Source: Eledone cirrhosa | Lineage: Eukaryota | Length of the DNA: 64,000 nt | Assembly (NCBI GenBank): GCA_964016885.1 | Contig: OZ024743.1 | Location: 147,932,001 to 147,996,000 of the forward strand | Direction of reading: 5' to 3' | Shown: positions 55,648-64,000 of the stretch, piece by piece | Layout of the letters: each line of letters begins with the position of its first letter | Position numbering within the stretch: position 1 is the stretch's first letter | The notes under the pieces: generated by a model | The model's input: the letters and a program-made list of their open reading frames with translations, nothing else | Database searches by the model: none | What the model was told of the DNA's origin: nothing | Position numbers and translations under genes: made by a program

Positions 55648-56472
55648 TTCAATAGTAACCAATCTTGAAGAGACTATATACTCTCCACGTGTTCCACTTT
55701 GGAACAATGATTATTACTGTCATTATTGTTCTATTATTGTTCTCTTACTGTTACCTGTTCTATATACGGACACAAGTTTGCACCTCAAACTACCTGTGTG
55801 TAGTATATCACATGGATACACGCGTCTTCTCCTGTACCTCCCCCCTCCCGTTTTTTTTATTTTACCTCTTTTTTCATGTACCTATTTATGAAGTTACATA
55901 CAGATTTTAGTGTATCCTAAAATATTGTAAATTTATTTATTTATTTTATTTTATTGTATTATCCTCTTGTGTTTATATTGGCGTGTTTTTATGTGTCGAC
56001 CTGTGCGTAGGTACATGTATGTGTGTGTGTATGTAGATATATGTATATATATACGTGGGTGTGTACGGGGGTGTGTATATGGGCATGGGTGCGTGTATGC
56101 ATGAGCTTATGAGCGCGTGCATGTGCAGACATGTGCATGTATGTAAATATGTGGCACTGAGTGTGTGTGTATGTATGTATGTATATATGTGTGTATATAT
56201 ATAAGTATATATATATATGTATGTATATGTATATATGTGTGCGTATGTACGTATAGCTACGAATGCGTAGGTGTGTGTATGTGGGTGCGTAAGTGTGTAT
56301 ATATATGTATATATATATGTGTGTGGGTGCGGGTGTATGCATATGTGGGCCTCTATCTGTGTGTATGTGTATTTGTGCATACATGTATGTGTTTATTTGC
56401 ATCTCACAGGAATGTGTACGGATGATTATATATGGAGTGTATATGCATTTTAGTACTATTATTCTTTTTAAG

Positions 56473-56662
56473 GGCGGTAGATTGGCAGTATCGGTAGAGG
56501 GTCGGTCGCCATGCTTTGACGCATAGAGTTACGGCCCTTGTCATTCTGAGTTCAAATCCCGCCGAGGTTAACTTTGCCTTTCATCCTTACGGGGTCGATA
56601 AAATAAAGTACCAGTAATGCGCTGGAGTAATTGCTGGCCTTGTGCCAAAAGTAGAAACAATT
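56473..56662 (+). mobile_element. SINE family 1 with TSD attattcttttta
   Basis: Full head and body; duplicated at 62982-63171. Confidence 0.92.
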
Positions 56663-56738
56663 ATTCTTTTTATATTACTTTATCATATATCCTTTGTATA
56701 TATCCATATATGTATGAATGTGTGTTCATGTGTGTGTG

Positions 56739-56795
<57 letters not shown>

Positions 56796-57095
56796 TATCA
56801 TGTTGTATAATATATTGATATCTTATACTTTATATTTTATATTTTATGTTATGGTATTTTACCGTTATTTTATGGTATATTGTGTTTTTTATTATGTAAT
56901 GTATTTTTAATTTACGGCTTTTTTTATATATGTATATGTGGAAGCACATATGTGTGTAAGCAAATATGCATATGTGCAGGTGTCTGCATGTGGCAGCCCG
57001 TGTGCGTATGCATATGTAGATGTATATATGTATGCATGTGTGTATGTATATGTATGTATATGTGCGGGTGTGCGTATGCATGTAGGTTTTTTTTG

Positions 57096-57162
<67 letters not shown>

Positions 57163-57799
57163 GTGTATGTAATGTTGTGTACGCATGTGTATTTTGTATG
57201 TATATGTGGGCTTGTGTGAGTATATATATGTTTATGTATGTATATGTATATATATATATATATCTTTGTGTATATGTATGTGTATGTATATGTGTATGTA
57301 TATATGTGTGTATATGAGTGTGTATATATATAAATGTATATAAGTTTGTGCGTATGTATGTGGGTGTGTGTGTGTGTCTACGTATGTAGGTGTACGTGGG
57401 TGTATGTACGAATGTGTCTGCGTCTACATGTGTGTGTATATTCGCGTGTGTGGGTGCTTACTCTGGAGTGTGAACAGACGTGAGAGATGCTGAACCCAGC
57501 ATGACTGCATTGAAGTGTGTCGGACGCAAAATGGCTGATGACCCGTGTAGCAGTAAATACTGACCAGAATTTGTGATGACGTGGAGTAAAAACAGCCAAT
57601 GGCATGACAAGAGTGGAAGAGGGTTTTTTGAGGGTGTTTTTTTATGGTGCGCTTTCATCAGATAAAATAAAGATTTGTCTTTATAAATAACTATTTACAT
57701 ACCCGGAAAACACACACCATTAACGGTTGGAACTTCCTGGATAGTCGAGATAATATTTTATTGAGGTTAATACAAAGTAATGAGTGAGTATGCAAACGA

Positions 57800-57875
<76 letters not shown>

Positions 57876-57899
57876 TTATATATGTATATATATATATAT

Positions 57900-60641
<2,742 letters not shown>

Positions 60642-60835
60642 GTTATTCCAGGTTGAATCGGAGGTAACCACAGTAAGTAAGGTACTCAATACATTGCAGA
60701 GTATAAAAGTTTTAATATAGATGAGATTCTACAGGACTAGAACTGTTTCATTCTTTAGAAATCATCTGGAGATTCCTGATGATTTCTAAAGAATGAAACA
60801 GTTCTAGTCCTGTAGAATCTCATCTATATTAAAAC
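60642..60835. mobile_element. Fold-back family A, duplicate (HHR 60769-60821)
   Basis: Identical to 54131-54324. Confidence 0.9.
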
Positions 60836-60925
<90 letters not shown>

Positions 60926-60926
60926 A

Positions 60927-60987
<61 letters not shown>

Positions 60988-60994
<7 letters not shown>

Positions 60995-61406
60995 ATACTT
61001 TGGAAGGGTCATGTTGCCAATAAGAAACACACACACCAGTTGCTTTCACTTCAATTTATTACGAATTAAATTTATAAATTTACGAGTCTTCCAGAAGATG
61101 GCGTAGGACAGAACAAAGGAGGAGCATAAAAACAAAGAAAAGAATCCCCAGTCACTGAAGAGGTCACAGAATGTGTGACGAAAGAACTTTGAAAATATAT
61201 GAACAATCGTCTGGTTGTGGAACTAACCAACCAACCGGAAATTTATAAATTCCTAAATCTATAAATTCAATTTATAATAAATTGAAGTGATAGCAACTGG
61301 TGCGTGTGTTTCTTATTGGCAACATGACCCTCCCAAAGTATAACAATATCGGTTTCAACACCCGTTTTCAGATAAAGAATCTTGCTAAACAAATTCAGAA
61401 ACGAAA
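60988..61406 (+). mobile_element. Duplicate of the inverted-arm insert (HHR 61152-61192)
   Basis: Identical to 54471-54889. Confidence 0.8.
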
Positions 61407-61959
61407 TATATATATATATTTATATATTATTAAGTGTAATGAATTCTTTTACAATGGAATTAGCTCAAAAGGAAATATTCCTGAGCCGTGTATAAAAGTA
61501 ATATATATGAGTAATATATATGATGAAACAGATACTAACACATCTGTATTTATATTGCAAAAGAAAATTTAGCCAGAATGAAGAATATTAATTATTTTAC
61601 TACAGTTCGTCCACATCGATTTAAAATAATAAATCGACAAAAACTAGCTGCGCTGCCAAACGGCTATGATGTTTATACACATTTAAATTTCAAAATCAAA
61701 CCTGTTCCGTAGATAAGTTTAAACTTTAAAATCCAAACATGTTTCGAGATGAATAAGTGTATAAGTGTAGGAATATCATGCCACTGCTCTCCTCAGTAAA
61801 CATCCAGAGACAATTGATAAGCTTCACTTCTAAATAATTTAAAAGACTGTGTGACGCACATGGGTTCACAGATTCAAGCTAGTCTCATAACCGTACGGTT
61901 ATATACCAATATGTTGATTTAAAACTGCACTATCCACAAGTGTTTTTTAGCCTTCATAT

Positions 61960-62044
61960 CATGTTCTCCTGTTTTATCTGATGAAAACACAAATATTATT
62001 GCATGATGATGTTTGTTTTTGAAATGCGCATAATAAAATACATG
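61960..62044 (+). ncRNA. Duplicate hammerhead of 55443-55527
   Basis: Identical sequence. Confidence 0.82.
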
Positions 62045-62070
62045 GAACTCCTTTAACCATCTTTTGATCT

Positions 62071-62156
<86 letters not shown>

Positions 62157-62981
62157 TTCAATAGTAACCAATCTTGAAGAGACTATATACTCTCCACGTG
62201 TTCCACTTTGGAACAATGATTATTACTGTCATTATTGTTCTATTATTGTTCTCTTACTGTTACCTGTTCTATATACGGACACAAGTTTGCACCTCAAACT
62301 ACCTGTGTGTAGTATATCACATGGATACACGCGTCTTCTCCTGTACCTCCCCCCTCCCGTTTTTTTTATTTTACCTATTTTTTCATGTACCTATTTATGA
62401 AGTTACATACAGATTTTAGTGTATCCTAAAATATTGTAAATTTATTTATTTATTTTATTTTATTGTATTATCCTCTTGTGTTTATATTGGCGTGTTTTTA
62501 TGTGTCGACCTGTGCGTAGGTACATGTATGTGTGTGTGTATGTAGATATATGTATATATATACGTGGGTGTGTACGGGGGTGTGTATATGGGCATGGGTG
62601 CGTGTATGCATGAGCTTATGAGCGCGTGCATGTGCAGACATGTGCATGTATGTAAATATGTGGCACTGAGTGTGTGTGTATGTATGTATGTATATATGTG
62701 TGTATATATATAAGTATATATATATATGTATGTATATGTATATATGTGTGCGTATGTACGTATAGCTACGAATGCGTAGGTGTGTGTATGTGGGTGCGTA
62801 AGTGTGTATATATATGTATATATATATGTGTGTGGGTGCGGGTGTATGCATATGTGGGCCTCTATCTGTGTGTATGTGTATTTGTGCATACATGTATGTG
62901 TTTATTTGCATCTCACAGGAATGTGTACGGATGATTATATATGGAGTGTATATGCATTTTAGTACTATTATTCTTTTTAAG

Positions 62982-63171
62982 GGCGGTAGATTGGCAGTAT
63001 CGGTAGAGGGTCGGTCGCCATGCTTTGACGCATAGAGTTACGGCCCTTGTCATTCTGAGTTCAAATCCCGCCGAGGTTAACTTTGCCTTTCATCCTTACG
63101 GGGTCGATAAAATAAAGTACCAGTAATGCGCTGGAGTAATTGCTGGCCTTGTGCCAAAAGTAGAAACAATT
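62982..63171 (+). mobile_element. SINE family 1, duplicate
   Basis: Same as 56473-56662. Confidence 0.92.
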
Positions 63172-63247
63172 ATTCTTTTTATATTACTTTATCATATATC
63201 CTTTGTATATATCCATATATGTATGAATGTGTGTTCATGTGTGTGTG

Positions 63248-63304
<57 letters not shown>

Positions 63305-63604
63305 TATCATGTTGTATAATATATTGATATCTTATACTTTATATTTTATATTTTATGTTATGGTATTTTACCGTTATTTTATGGTATATTGTGTTTTTTA
63401 TTATGTAATGTATTTTTAATTTACGGCTTTTTTTATATATGTATATGTGGAAGCACATATGTGTGTAAGCAAATATGCATATGTGCAGGTGTCTGCATGT
63501 GGCAGCCCGTGTGCGTATGCATATGTAGATGTATATATGTATGCATGTGTGTATGTATATGTATGTATATGTGCGGGTGTGCGTATGCATGTAGGTTTTT
63601 TTTG

Positions 63605-63671
<67 letters not shown>

Positions 63672-64000
63672 GTGTATGTAATGTTGTGTACGCATGTGTA
63701 TTTTGTATGTATATGTGGGCTTGTGTGAGTATATATATGTTTATGTATGTATATGTATATATATATATATATCTTTGTGTATATGTATGTGTATGTATAT
63801 GTGTATGTATATATGTGTGTATATGAGTGTGTATATATATAAATGTATATAAGTTTGTGCGTATGTATGTGGGTGTGTGTGTGTGTCTACGTATGTAGGT
63901 GTACGTGGGTGTATGCACGAATGTGTCTGCGTCTACATGTGTGTGTATATTCGCGTGTGTGGGTGCTTACTCTGGAGTGTGAACAGACGTGAGAGATGCT

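Overview
AT-rich, microsatellite-saturated eukaryotic DNA. The dominant tRNA-derived SINE resembles those of octopod cephalopods, so an octopus genome is inferred. Most listed ORFs are (TA)n/(CA)n noise. Supported content: two decayed L1/Tx1-type LINEs, an R4/Dong-like 5' fragment, CR1-group and RTE 3' ends, many SINE copies (several with target-site duplications), a pogo/Tigger-like MITE, and several Penelope-like elements (PLEs) with RT plus C-terminal GIY-YIG. One PLE lies in a near-identical ~6.5 kb tandem duplication. The most striking signal is about 15 type I hammerhead-ribozyme (HHR) motifs read by eye. Many sit in short head-to-head fold-back cassettes inside (TA)n tracts, so both strands carry a ribozyme motif. 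One cassette is traceable to the 3' end of a PLE in this window, and several unrelated HHRs share a non-canonical U.U at the base of helix II. A low-confidence chain of frame-preserving micro-exons encoding tyrosine motifs may be a host gene. All structures were derived by manual reading; no searches or folding were run.
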